From Octopus bimaculoides (lineage: Eukaryota): DNA of 63,907 nucleotides. Position numbers and translations under genes: made by a program. The DNA lies in assembly GCF_001194135.2 (NCBI RefSeq), contig NC_068990.1:1700991-1764897 (forward strand). Direction: 5' to 3'. The notes below the pieces were generated by a model. That model did not search any database. It saw nothing but the letters and a program-made list of their open reading frames with translations, and had not been told where the DNA came from. Of this stretch, positions 50,746 through 63,907 are shown in pieces; position 1 is the stretch's first letter, and each line of letters opens with the position of its first letter.

Positions 50746-51592
50746 CAATATCTATTAATATTAGTTAATATAAAGTTGTATTTTTGATGTGAACACAGAT
50801 ACACACACACAAACATATGCACACACACACTTACACCACCTGTATACACGTATATTTATATATGTAAGTATATATATGTCTCTCTCTCACTCTCTCTGTA
50901 TATATATAGATATATATATAATTTATATGTAAATGCATATATATATGTATATATATATATATTTATAGATGCATGTATATATACATACACTCACACACTC
51001 ACATACACATATATACAAATATATATACATATTTTGTGTGTATATACATGTGTATATGTTTGTGTGTATGTGTGTATGAATGTATGTATGTATGTATGTA
51101 TGTATACAGATATAGATAGACTGGTTCATCAGACTTCTGTTGAGCTTCTATCTCCTAAATTGAATTAGCAAGTCATAGGCTAACTNNNNNNNNNNNNNNN
51201 NNNNNNNNNNNNNNNNNNNNNNNNNNNNNNNNNNNNNNNNNNNNNNNNNNNNNNNNNNNNNNNNNNNNNNNNNNNNNNNNNNNNNNNNNNNNNNNNNNNN
51301 NNNNNNNNNNNNNNNNNNNNNNNNNNNNNNNNNNNNNNNNNNNNNNNNNNNNNNNNNNNNNNNNNNNNNNNNNNNNNNNNNNNNNNNNNNNNNNNNNNNN
51401 NNNNNNNNNNNNNNNNNNNNNNNNNNNNNNNNNNNNNNNNNNNNNNNNNNNNNNNNNNNNNNNNNNNNNNNNNNNNNNNNNNNNNNNNNNNNNNNNNNNN
51501 NNNNNNNNNNNNNNNNNNNNNNNNNNNNNNNNNNNNNNNNNNNNNNNNNNNNNNNNNNNNNNNNNNNNNNNNNNNNNNNNNNNNNNNNNNNN

Positions 51593-51632
<40 letters not shown>

Positions 51633-52905
51633 TATATATATATGTTTATGCATATGTTTATATGTGTATGTACGTATGTATGTGTGCATGTATACATACA
51701 TATATATAGTATATATGTAGGGAGAGGGAGAGAAGGGGAGAGAGGGAGAGTGTGTGAGACAGTGAAAAGCAGTCAGAATTTACATCTCGTGGGTCATTAA
51801 ATCAAAATGAATACAAAGATAGATTTATATAATAAATAGATTTATGTAATTATTTTCTGATATTATTAGCTTCTGAGTGATGTAGCTGAATAGTTTGTAA
51901 TTAATGTTTTGTGTCATTAACTAAGCTTATCTATCAATTGAACTAAGAGAAAAAATGGGTAAAAGTAATGGAAATTATCCCCAATTAAATCTTTGCTTCA
52001 CTATATCTACTTGGCTATTCTGTCGAATTCAGATTCAAATATCAACACACAAATACATACGACACACACACACACACACACATACACACACACATTTACA
52101 CACGCAAATACACATTCTTACTTTGCATAGAGACCCCCTCACATTTATATGCATGTACAAGCACAAACATCTATATAGATATATATACATATACATACAC
52201 GCATGCCTATATCTATTTGTACATATCGATGAATACGTAGATACATATATAAATACATACATAGATACATATATAAACTCAGATATGCACATAGATGCAC
52301 ACACACACACACACACACAATTCAAACTCTACTAAACTCTTCTTTAGCCAATCAGGTCTTCTGAGGCATGCTCTGCATTATTATCATTACTATCATCCTC
52401 CTCCTCCTCCTTCTCTGCTGCCGCCACCACCACCACTACCACCACCAACACCACCACTNNNNNNNNNNNNNNNNNNNNNNNNNNNNNNNNNNNNNNNNNN
52501 NNNNNNNNNNNNNNNNNNNNNNNNNNNNNNNNNNNNNNNNNNNNNNNNNNNNNNNNNNNNNNNNNNNNNNNNNNNNNNNNNNNNNNNNNNNNNNNNNNNN
52601 NNNNNNNNNNNNNNNNNNNNNNNNNNNNNNNNNNNNNNNNNNNNNNNNNNNNNNNNNNNNNNNNNNNNNNNNNNNNNNNNNNNNNNNNNNNNNNNNNNNN
52701 NNNNNNNNNNNNNNNNNNNNNNNNNNNNNNNNNNNNNNNNNNNNNNNNNNNNNNNNNNNNNNNNNNNNNNNNNNNNNNNNNNNNNNNNNNNNNNNNNNNN
52801 NNNNCTCATCATCATCATCATCAGTAGCAGCAGTAATATCTTATCTTTATTATTATTTTCTAGAGAAGAAAAACTTTAATAAGAATATCGACAAGTTTTT
52901 TTTTA

Positions 52906-52959
<54 letters not shown>

Positions 52960-55011
52960 AATAATGGACAGTCAAGTTTGGTGAATTAGCAGAAATGGTT
53001 AAGTGTCAGACTGAGAATTCGAAGCGAATTAATTGTATTCAAGCCACAGGCAAAGCACCTGTTACTCGTTCCTCACTTGCTTTTCCAATAATGGCTTCAG
53101 CGAAGAGTTGCATAAACTTGTGAGAAAGTGGAATGTTCTTTCTGGAAATGGAACCATCCATTGAATAACGTTTGGTCGTTTGATCTAGTTTATGTTGCAT
53201 GTTGTCATTGTGTAGGTGTTATACCCTCCCAGGTCAATTTTAAATGAGTAAACTAATATATACAACCATTCCATTTGTGATTCATCCTGTCTACTTTGCT
53301 TATCTATGACAGCCATTCTTAAATGGTGAACCATGGTACTGTGGTGTACCACAAGTACCACAGGTACTCTGTGGAATTTTTAAAATATAATTTAAGGCTT
53401 TAGAAAATAATTTATGCTTGCTTCGGCATCTTTACCATTTATCTTTTACTTGTTTCAGTTATTAGGCTGTGGCCATACTGGGGCACCGCATTGAAGAAAT
53501 TTTGTTATCGAATTGACCCCAGTATTTATTTTTTTTTTAAGGAGAGATACTTATTTTATTGGTGACTTTTGCTGAACTGCTAAGTGATGGGGACACAAAC
53601 ATACCTGCACTGGTTGTTAAGCAATAGTGATGGACACACAGACACAAACATGCACACACACACGCACACACGCACACACACACACACACACACACACGTA
53701 CACACACATGTACGTACATGCACACACACACACACACAAACGTACACAGACGCTCACACACACACACACACACATGCACACGAGTTAAAGGAAGAGGTAA
53801 AAAAAATGAAGGCAGAACAAGCTTATCAGATCATTGAAGTTATTTTAATTATTATAATGGTGAATGGAAGTAAGCAAAAGTAAATAATAATGTCTTGCAT
53901 CTCTTTCGGGGATATCTCAGATAATGGTTCGATGTGTTGATCCACATTTCCATATACTGGGTATTCTGTCATTGGAGACAAGGTGTACATGCAGGAAATG
54001 TCTATGTAGAGATGTGGATAGAAAGTTTGATGTAGAGGAAAATATGAAGACCAAGGCTCATAGTTCATCCTGACTCTTGACTCCGCTCCCATTATTTGCA
54101 TGAGCATTAAGCTGCTAGATCCCATTTTATCAACTGGATGCATTCCTCAATCTGCTTTCTGAACTATGGACTTACCTGGGATTATTGATAAGGAGGTACA
54201 CCTTCATGGAAATATGTGTCAACCCATACTCTCTAGAAGAGATGGTTAGGTGTGATTTTAGGGAGACTTACTTAGTTCTTCTTACAAGTTAAATAATCTC
54301 TTAATGGCCTTTTCATTAGCTCACTGATTTAGATTACATGCTTTCAAGTAGGTTCTCTGTAAGCTAAAGTTTCATCATATTTTTGTAGTATCAGTTTGTA
54401 GGAGGTGATTTGGAACTTAACACAAGATTTGTTCTTTTGAGAATTGAAACTGAATGACCTAAGGTATGTTGAGCAGCTTTGCTTTTGCTTGGTTTCCTAT
54501 AATATTTGATTTAACTGCAGTAGTAACATGGGGTTTTCTGCATGTAGGCAAATTAGCACAGTTATTAGAGCATGTGACAAAGCACATTGCAGCATTTACT
54601 TCAGCGCCTTGTATTCTGATTTCAAATTCCCCTGAGATCAACTGTGGTCTTTATCTTCCAGGATCAATGAATAAAATGCCAGCCTAGAGTAGTGAACTCT
54701 TAGAATCATTTGAGGATTGGATAGGTTGCATTGCTTTACTTCTAGCTTTTTGCTTTCTGAGTTCAAATCCAACTTACATGGATAGTAATTGAATTTTTGC
54801 CTGGGTTACCCTACCACCATGTATTATTACCACAACCAACAAGGGTATTTTTATCAGAGTTCACTTTGTAGCAAGCATTTGGGCCAGGTCTCCAGTTTAA
54901 TATACCTTCTTCTGTTCATCCCGCCTGTACCAAAGGCCCTCTAGAAGGTCATGGACACTTCCCTCCTCCTTGCCAAGTGATAAAGAAAATGCGATTTTTC
55001 ATTACGTGGAT

Positions 55012-55290
55012 CAGTGATTCTTAACCAGGGTTCATATGAGATTTGGGGTGGGGTGAGGGTCCATGCTAGCAAAGCGGTAAATTGGGGACTGACAGTAGTA
55101 TTTGAAGGGTCCATGTAAAGTTCTGATTTAAGTGTATGTATTGAAAGAAACAATTAGGTTTCTTGCTCTAACATTTTAGGTAGTTCAACTTATACAAGTG
55201 AATGAGTGAATAAGAAAATAGGAATTTAGAAAGAAGTATCTGTAAAATTAGTTTTTAAACAACATCGAATGGTTATAGAGATCCACTAAT
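55012..55290. mobile_element. Probable hAT MITE
   Basis: Left end CAGTGATTCTTAACC is clear; the right end is degenerate. Confidence 0.45.
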
Positions 55291-56169
55291 CTGTAATTTA
55301 GTCTGTGTGGATTGTATATCAATCTGGAAAACCAATCTCTCAAGATTCGGTCAGCAGGTTCCTGTTTAGGCATCGAGAGACACTCTTTAGACATTACTGT
55401 GATATCTCACTCCTTACACTTAGTCAAAAAGTGGAATGGTATTGAGATAGAAATTCTGGATGTCTTGGAGCAACAGAAGGGCATAGAAATACCTAACCAT
55501 TCTCAGACCCTTCTAACTGTCTGATGATGATATTGAATGCATTTTATGAATGCACCATTGTTGGCTTTGTGAATTTACTAAGGGGCTACCCAGGTTTTGT
55601 TCAAATTATTTATTACTTTAGTGGACAAGAGCAGAGGATGGTTTGATGTTTCTATAGTTCAGTGTCGTAATGTTTATGAGTGTCATCAATATGGTATAGT
55701 TGTGGAGAAACCCTGTCAGGGCCTAACTTACTGGAAGCTAATCTCTATCATTCCTGGCGTACAAAACCTGTAGTGACTTCGTTAGGGAACTTGTTAAGGA
55801 CCTCATTAGAAATCTCATTAGTAACCCCAATGATAATCTCATTAGTAATGCAGTTAAGTAGAAATTCACTGAAACTGTTATCAATTATAAACGATGGGAA
55901 TATTTTAAGCATCTCAAAAAACATTTATCTGAATGAAGATGATACACAAATTTGTGAAGCATCTCATATTATAGGAACAGGCATGGCTGAGTGATTAAAA
56001 TGTGGTTTCAAATTCCATCACACATTCAAATATACTATCTTAGGCAAAATATCTTCTGCTATAGACTCAGGCCAACATCAAGGACTTATGAGTGAATTTG
56101 GTAGCTGGAAACTGTAAGATATCTACATGTGTGTGTATGTGTGTTTATGTTTAAATATATATATATATA

Positions 56170-56590
56170 TTGGGTCATACCATAAATAATGCACTTTTTC
56201 AATTGCATGAAATAAAAGTCGGAGGGGGACAGGATAAACTACCTGCATCAACATGCTGTGAAAGCAGGTAGTAATTTTACCTTGCATTTATTCGTAGTGC
56301 AAGTTTTTTGAAGAGTCCAGTTCGATTTTAACAGTTATTTTTTCAAAGCTATAATGGAAGTGACAAAGGAGCATATGCAGCACATTTTGCTTTATGAGTT
56401 AAATAAAGGCAACAACACAATGGAAAATGTGAAGAATATTAATGCAGTGTATGGGGATCTGTTTGGTGGGATATGAAAGGTTTAGTCCACTCTGAACTTT
56501 TAAACCCAGACCAAATGATAACAAAGGAGATATACTGCAAGCAGCTTGGGTGGCTTAAATCTGCACTAGAATGAAAACGAGCATCATTGT
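56170..56590 (+). mobile_element. Internally deleted mariner fragment
   Basis: TA-TTGGGTCATACCATAAATAATG end. ATG 56354 gives MEVTKEHMQHILLYELNKGNN...INAVYGD, fused directly to VWWDMKGLVHSELLNPDQMITKEIYCKQL; the region between is deleted. Confidence 0.85.
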
Positions 56591-59500
56591 TTTTGCAATA
56601 CTGCATTTTTGGCGGTAGTATGTTTCATCGAATAGGAAGAACTCTTAGAGATTCAATGACAAAAGTCTGTTTATGCAGTCCCGAGGTATTTTTCTAACCA
56701 GAATTTTATTGCCACTATCCTGTAGTCATGTGGAACGTTGGTGTAGAGGTTGATGACATTGAAGGAGACTAATAGTGCTCCTTCAAGAAGAAGAAGAAGA
56801 TGATGATGATGATGATGATGATGATGATCATGATGACGATGAAGAATTAACTGAGTTGTTTGACACTGGACTGAATGCTTTGCAGTGTTCTGGCTCTCTG
56901 TATTCTTAATTCAAATGCCGTCAAGGTCAACTTTACCTATCATCCTTTTGAGAGTTGATAAAAAAGAAAGAACCAGCTCAGAGTTGGGTACGGTTCCTTG
57001 CAGTATATCCTGGTTCCTTGCATTCTGATAGGAATATCTGCAACAATGCTGGTGCAAAGCTGTGTGCACTTGAGTTGGTGACCTTTCATCATGGACAGAC
57101 ATGGATTATGCAAAGAAGGGTAGGTGCTTTGGTTCCATTTTGTTAGCCTTCAGATCAGTAGCTATATTTGGATGTAAGTGTATAAATGTCAGTGAAAGAA
57201 TTCCAGTTAGAATTTGTTGCTGTTGTTGTATTTGTTACGGATCAGCAGGTTTATCTTTTTCAAATATTCATTCAATTGTGTTAGATTTATTCTATTTTGT
57301 TTTTGTGACATTGTATTATTACACATGTACTCAACCCAAGCTCTCATATTTCCATTACTGCTTCATTAAGTTCCTTCAGAGAAATTCCCCCAACAAAATA
57401 TTTTATAATGATGGCCTTTTGCCTATATTTTGTTCCTTCTGTTCGATCCTATTGGTAGATATGACATGCAATACTGACATTTCATATTTTATTCTCCCAT
57501 ACCACATTTTAAATAATCATCTTCAGAATTCACTATTGTATAGTTTATAACACATGTATAAGCAACAGTAATTTCGCAAAACATTATTATAACTAAATGA
57601 TTAAGATACATGTATAATTTGCTCAACTAAAATTCAAGAATTCTGGTTTAATTTTTAATTGTATGATACTTTTGCTTTAAATATAATCATTTAAATATAA
57701 TTGCATCACTGTTACTCTTTAAACACATTACTAATAAGTCATAATTTACATATCTTCATTATCTCTCAAAAAATTCTAAGTATCATTATTTTCCTGGCAT
57801 ACAGTAAATAATTCTCTAGACACATTGATTTGTATATTTATTCTTCATATGTTCCAGTAGATTCAAAGACAAATATGCTAGATGTGTCTTCATAACATGT
57901 TTCATTGGTGCAAGGGATTCAAAAACACTCGAGTTTTGACATGTGATTTGTCGTCCAAAAACACCTTAGATATTTGAGCTTAAACAAATGACTGGCTTTG
58001 TTTATAATTTCAGTGAACGAAAATGTTTGCTGATCAGTGCTTATACATGCCAACGGATAAAAAAATCGTTATTTGCACTTTTAATAAGATTAAGTTATAC
58101 CACATTCTTCGAAATCATTGTTATTACTTTTACTAATTTTCTGTTTTTATAAGATAACATTACTTCTAATATGTTTTACTTCGTAATTGCAATGGTTTTT
58201 CACATGAAGTTTTTTAAAAAAAGATAACGCTTCCCTCTCTCTATGTATCTGGTATACTTGGATATTGTTTACTGAGTAACTTAATTACATATTTCTCAGA
58301 ATCTATATATTCAGAATTCTTGTGGTACATTTTTGTCATTATCTGTTGTTCATACGATGAAGCAATAGATTTTGGCTGCAATAAAAACACATCATACTCT
58401 ACTTTTTTTGATAATTAGAATTGGATGGGTTTTTGTTTTGTGTTCTTGTATATATAAATGTCAGATGAACTTTATCTGTGTTTCAGAATACATCTCTTGT
58501 TAGACAGTGTTGCACTGAATCTGATAAAAGTCAATGATTACATTAATAACATAAGAATCTAAGAAATACTCAGTGACTTACACTATAAGTCAGTGTGGAA
58601 GTAGTTCCTTTGCTTAGGCAACTAGAAGACTCTCTGAGGAAATTGATAATCAAACAATCATCAATCAACCAATCAATCAATATACAGAGGGCAGCCACAT
58701 TAGAGTTATCATAAGCAATTTTTAAAATGCTTCATACATTGCTTCTATCTCGAACAGAGGTTTTCTAATGGACTAGTTTCCTAGTTACAAAATCAGTGAT
58801 TGTATAGCACTGTGTTTTCTATATATTGCAAGCAAGGTAAACCGCTACCATACCTGACAACAAGTACCTACCACCGAGGAGATCCAATACAAATCAAAAC
58901 CATGAGTTCAGGTCTTGAAGCTAGGGTGGCAGGCGTTATCTGCCACTTGCAATAACTATTGGGTGTGAGAAGCACACTAAATAAACCAGCTAGAGGAGAC
59001 GTCATCCTGGGGTTAAATAGCAGTAGTGTTGTCTCTTTAAGGACAGCCACATTAAAGTGGCCATAAGTAATATATATATATGGATATATATATACACACA
59101 CCTAAAAACATACGCATAAATTCATGTGGACGTACATATACATACATGCATGCATACAGAAACACAAATCTATACACAGCATACACACAAACACATACAA
59201 ACATTAATAGGCACACATATATATATATATGCACACAGATACATGTAATGTGAATAAATGAAGATGGTGGTTCCAGAGTTATAAGAGAAATGCCGATGAA
59301 GATAACTCATATATGAAAACTCATTTAATTATGTCACAAAGAATATGTCAATCACATTGAATCCAAACAGTACTAGTAGTTCAAAAGTATAAATCAGTAT
59401 AAAAATAACAGATATGAGAACAGTGTGTACTGAAATAGTACTAGAAACGAATGCTTATATACAGAGTTATGGTATTGCTTAACCATGAAAATAGATAAAA

Positions 59501-60415
59501 ATTTCAGCTTATAATGCATGATGAAGTTAACAGAAGATGATAGCAGTTCATAGCAATGTGATCAATTAAATAATGATTGAATTAGACACAATCAGACTTC
59601 ATATTTTATGAAGACGCTCACAAGAAAATTATTGTGGAATAATTAAAAAAATTCTAGACAATATTTCAAACTGATTTGTGTATCTTCTACATAATGTGTG
59701 TGTGTGTCACTTAATAAGCTAAAAGATATATTCTTTACATAATGTATGTGTGGGTTGCAGAGCATGTGTATCAAAGCGTATGTGTCTGTGTGACAGTGTT
59801 GTTTTCTGAGTGATGATATGAGCTCATGTAAATCGTAGAACATGTTCTGGCTGTCTACAAAAAGACTATGGGATGTTTTGTGGCTCATAGAATTTGTCAG
59901 TCTTTCTGTAAGAGTGATTCATGCTAGCAAAGTAAAGTAGATGGATGAGCTGGAAGTAGCCAAGAGAAAGAACCAACTATATAACTAACATGTCTAAGAG
60001 TTAATCTTCATTTAATTAAGGTATTCTCGGACTGGTGATTAACTAAATTGAGTACCTGTCATTGAGTAATTAATACAGCAGAGGATCAACCAGCTAAGGA
60101 AAATATGTAGCCTGCATTTTATCCATTCCACTCCCTCAATTTGAATTTTTATTCGTATTTGTGGCAAGTGTAGTCATGATTTCTAGCAAGAATAGTTGCC
60201 ATAGCGAGGTATACAGAAACTTCCAGCTTATTGAATTTTCTTGTAACTTTGATGTGGGAAAACATGTGTGACCTTTGATGCCAGTAAAATGTTATTGTCT
60301 CTGATTGTATACGTCCCCTTGTTTTCTATACCAGCTTACAGACTGCTTGAAGCATGCAGACTTCCTGCACTTGGATACCTGGATCTTACCTTTACATATC
60401 GATGTATATATATAT

Positions 60416-60497
<82 letters not shown>

Positions 60498-61639
60498 TTA
60501 ATAAAGAGAAAGTTCTCGGTACAGTATTATATATATTTGAAAGAATGAGTAGAAATAGTTCTTTTGAAGGGATCATTTTTGTAAACATTATTATTAAGAT
60601 TAAAATAAAAATTATCCCCTCAAAAAAGGCATCTCTACTAATTTTTTCAAACACACACACACACACACACACTCACACACACAGACACACACACACACAC
60701 ACACATATATACAAGCAGAAGGAACAAGTTTCACTTGGGTTATAAACTTAACACTTTGCTTGTAGTGTAATTTGAGACCTTCCTTCTAGGCATGGTTAAA
60801 TAAATATTTTGCAAATCACCCGTTCGTACATTGGTGTGAAATAATTTTTTTCCACAAGATATTGTGAGTATATTCAATGTATCTGACCTCCAAACCTGAT
60901 GCAAACCACATTTTTCTGAAAAAGAAAGAGGAGGACCTCGGAGTTTTGTTTGGGAGGTTTTTGTTTTTCTTTACCGGGTTATTTTGCATATTTTCAACGA
61001 ATGTGACATTGAAATCACATATAAATGGCTCCTTTCCCCAGAAAAGGAAAGATTTGGCTTCTAAAGGACCCACCAATATTTTGCTGTGAAATAATTTTCG
61101 ACCCCTCCCCACTTTTCTTTTCTAGGAAATAACTGGCTTGCAGTGGGTTTGGAGGTCATGTACGTTCAATGCACTTGAAAAACATGAGGAAAAAAATTAT
61201 TTTACACCGAGGTATGAACAGATCATTTATGAAATATCTACCCATGGTTATTTACTGATGCACAAATACACCAGTACAGGGATTTTGTTTGACCCTTCAG
61301 CCTTTCTAACATTTTGTTTATGTGTTTGTGATACAGAAGATTGTGAACACTGAAAATAATGGCAATAACTTTTTTCTTGCCAGACATCATTACAACGGTA
61401 AATGCTAGACAGAATGGTTGACAAAATAAAGAGAATGATAGAGATGTGACGTCGTTGTCATCGTCATATAAAATATCCTTTATTATCTTGTATGTGACAA
61501 ATGTGCAAACAGGTACACATTCACAGACGCATACACACTCATACAAAATGTGACATCATCATCGTTATCATGGTATAAAATGTTCGTTACTATAATTAAC
61601 TATAGAAAATTTATTTCTGAGAAAATGTTATAATGTTTC

Positions 61640-61787
61640 AATCTAAATGAAAATAAAAATTACATGTTGACACAAACGGATGTGCAATACTATTACCTCG
61701 TAAAATTTGATTTAATTTGGTGGAACCATTTGAAAAGGCATAGGGAACAGACAAACAGACAAAGAATTTTATAATTATATATGTAGA
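61640..61787 (-). mobile_element. Non-autonomous Helitron-like 5' end
   Basis: The minus strand begins TCTACATATATAATTATAAAATTCTTTGTCTGTTTGTCTGTTCCCTATGC, the TC...ATAAAA(TGTC)n pattern of Helitron 5' termini. Confidence 0.55.
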
Positions 61788-61960
61788 GGTATGATCAATA
61801 AGTATCCGGACTGTTGCCATAGTAATGAAGCTAAAGCATGCAGAGTGAAGCTGCTTGGCACAAGTATACCTTGAACTCTGCTGTGCATGTGCATTGAGTT
61901 TTGACATTCTAGCTCACTTCTGCTGTTTACAGCATTGCTTGGAATGAACGTGTGTAACAT
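61784..61960 (+). mobile_element. Mariner left-end fragment
   Basis: TAGAGGTATGATCAATAAGTATCCGGACTG resembles mariner TIRs of the TACGAGG..TGATCAATAAGTATCCG type. Confidence 0.55.
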
Positions 61961-62474
61961 GTATATATAAGTAACAATTAACCATTCCTAATGATTTTTT
62001 TAATTGATGAATGGGTATATTATATCATTATGAGAAACAGTTTTCTTGAGATGAATACATGAATTTTATAATCAAGGACATTAAAAAAATGTTAAATGCA
62101 TGGCACATACATATTTAATAATTTCATGACCGACTCTGGCAAGAGCTATTAATCAATTAAAAAATTTGTTAGAAATGGCTGTCCATCAATTATGACTCAT
62201 CTATTTTCAATTCACTTCTCTTGGAACCCTCCCCTTGCATATTCTAAAGTATCTCACGAACTGTATAGTTAATAAAATGTGCATGTCTGAATAGCTCAAG
62301 GGAAGGTTATATACTCGCTTGGCTCCAATTAATTGTTTACATTACCCAAATACTCTGCCAATGCTTCTGTACTTCTGTACCAAGGTTGGTATTCAACTAT
62401 AATTGTTGTGTTAGCATTCTATTCTGACCTAACTAGGTGCATCACCTTTAAGTACCTTATTCAAATGAATCTTG

Positions 62475-62520
<46 letters not shown>

Positions 62521-62735
62521 GAAAGATAATCAATAAATTAAATGATCAAGTTAAATCAACACTGCATGTTTGGGCTCAAGAGTACCACTTGCAAAACTTA
62601 GGTAAAAAAAAAACCCATTCAGATTAATGGCTATGGCTAAGTTGAAAGGATTGTTCATTGGTATCCAGTATGCTGCAAATTCAAAAGTGTCAATGGAGTA
62701 ATTGATAGATTTAATGTAGCATAATTATAGCAATG

Positions 62736-63020
62736 TGGAGGCACAATGGCACAATGGGCAGCGGACTCGTGGTCGGAGGATCGTGGTTTCGATTCCCAGA
62801 CCGGGCATTGTGTGTTTATTGAGCAAAAACACCTAAAGCTCCACAAGGCTCTGGCAGGGGGTGGTGGCGACCCTTGTACTCTTTCGCCCCAACTTTCTCT
62901 CACTCTTTCTTCCTGTTTCTTGAGTAATGCTGCGATGGACTGGCATCCCGTTCAGCTGGTGGGAACACATACGCCATAGAAACCCGAGAAACCGGGCCCA
63001 TGAGCCTTTAAAAGGGCACA
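62736..63020 (+). mobile_element. tRNA-derived SINE, family D, with a V/Meta-domain-like block
   Basis: TGGAGGCACAATGGC...GTTTCGATTCCC head; central CTGCGATGGACTGGCATCCCGTTCAG resembles the conserved domains of V-/Meta-SINE superfamilies. Confidence 0.65.
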
Positions 63021-63848
63021 TAAATAAAAAAAAGAAAGAAAGAAAAAAATTATAGCAATAAGGATGAATGGATGATTTGAGTGTCACTACATATGTTTCA
63101 GTAGCAAATTTTATTATTAACAGATTGCATCATAAAATTTGGTGTGAAATAGCATGCAACATCATAAAAATTATACAATAATGTGTTTTGATAATTAACC
63201 ACATCGTCAGAGATTTATTAGGTGATATTCCACCAATGGGATTATGATAGGTACTACAATTCCATTGGTGGAATAAAATCACCAAATAAACCTTAAATGG
63301 AGTATTACTTAATGACATGATCACAATCCCTTTGATGGCATATCACTTAATGAACCGCTAATGAAATATTAGTGATGATGTGGCAAGATATATAAATGCA
63401 TTACTGCATAATCTTATATGGTCTCACATGTTATTGCATGTGAAATTATATGAGACAATTTATCTATAATAAAATTTCTTACTGAAAGATATGAGGTAAT
63501 ACTTAAATCATCCATTTGTTTCATCTTTATCTATAATATAAATTGAACACGAGCGACCGTTGTATTCTTTCTTGTATCGAGGTTCACGACCAAATGGCTG
63601 GGTGGCTTCGCGTGCATAGATTGGAATGCACTTTATATTTTTTCCTAGCCCCCATAGTTACCGAGATAATAGATTAAAACAACCTGCGTGTATGTGAGTG
63701 TGAGTCACTGAAGCCATTCATACATACATACATACATAGTTACTCTCTCTTTTCCACTACCACTCGGTTTTTCTGTGAATCATTCACACATTCACTCACT
63801 ACGAAAACTGAATAAAAAATTTCAGTTATCTCTCTCTCTGTCTTTCTT

Positions 63849-63907
<59 letters not shown>

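Noticed and set aside
53826-54143. 105-aa minus-strand ORF
   Set aside because: No recognisable domain in any frame and no exon boundaries.
57101-57550. 149-aa ORF in apparently unique DNA
   Set aside because: AT-rich, biased composition typical of chance ORFs; no motif and no convincing splice signals.
61813-61826. RFX X-box-like GTTGCCATAGTAAT inside a ciliary gene
   Set aside because: It lies within a mariner end, far from any promoter; an imperfect 14-mer is expected by chance.

Overview
AT-rich, microsatellite-saturated animal genomic DNA from a gapped short-read assembly, with about 15 N-gaps that mostly abut (TA)n/(CA)n tracts. The repeat landscape (tRNA/CORE-type SINEs with an internal TG hinge, RTE LINE 3' ends with (GAT)n tails, mariners, Helitrons) points to an octopus genome; this is inferred from repeat families, not proven. 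I can support one host gene: three phase-compatible + strand exons (14916-15055, 31073-31157, 44671-44823) that splice into 126 open codons resembling CFAP65, separated by introns of 16.0 and 13.5 kb. Nearly everything else is intronic repeat, and most ORFs in the track are microsatellite, N-gap or transposon artefacts. The most notable non-routine observations are: (1) an inverted repeat at 12.2-12.7 kb whose arms each carry a minimal hammerhead ribozyme motif of the Penelope-element type; (2) an adjacent ~700 bp foldback element; (3) a decayed brat-like NHL-repeat fragment inside the 16-kb intron (15056-31072); (4) inverted SINE/LINE pairs bracketing the exons; (5) a 3 x ~352 bp tandem array; and (6) a candidate antisense exon. 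Protein family assignments come from remembered consensus motifs and need database confirmation.
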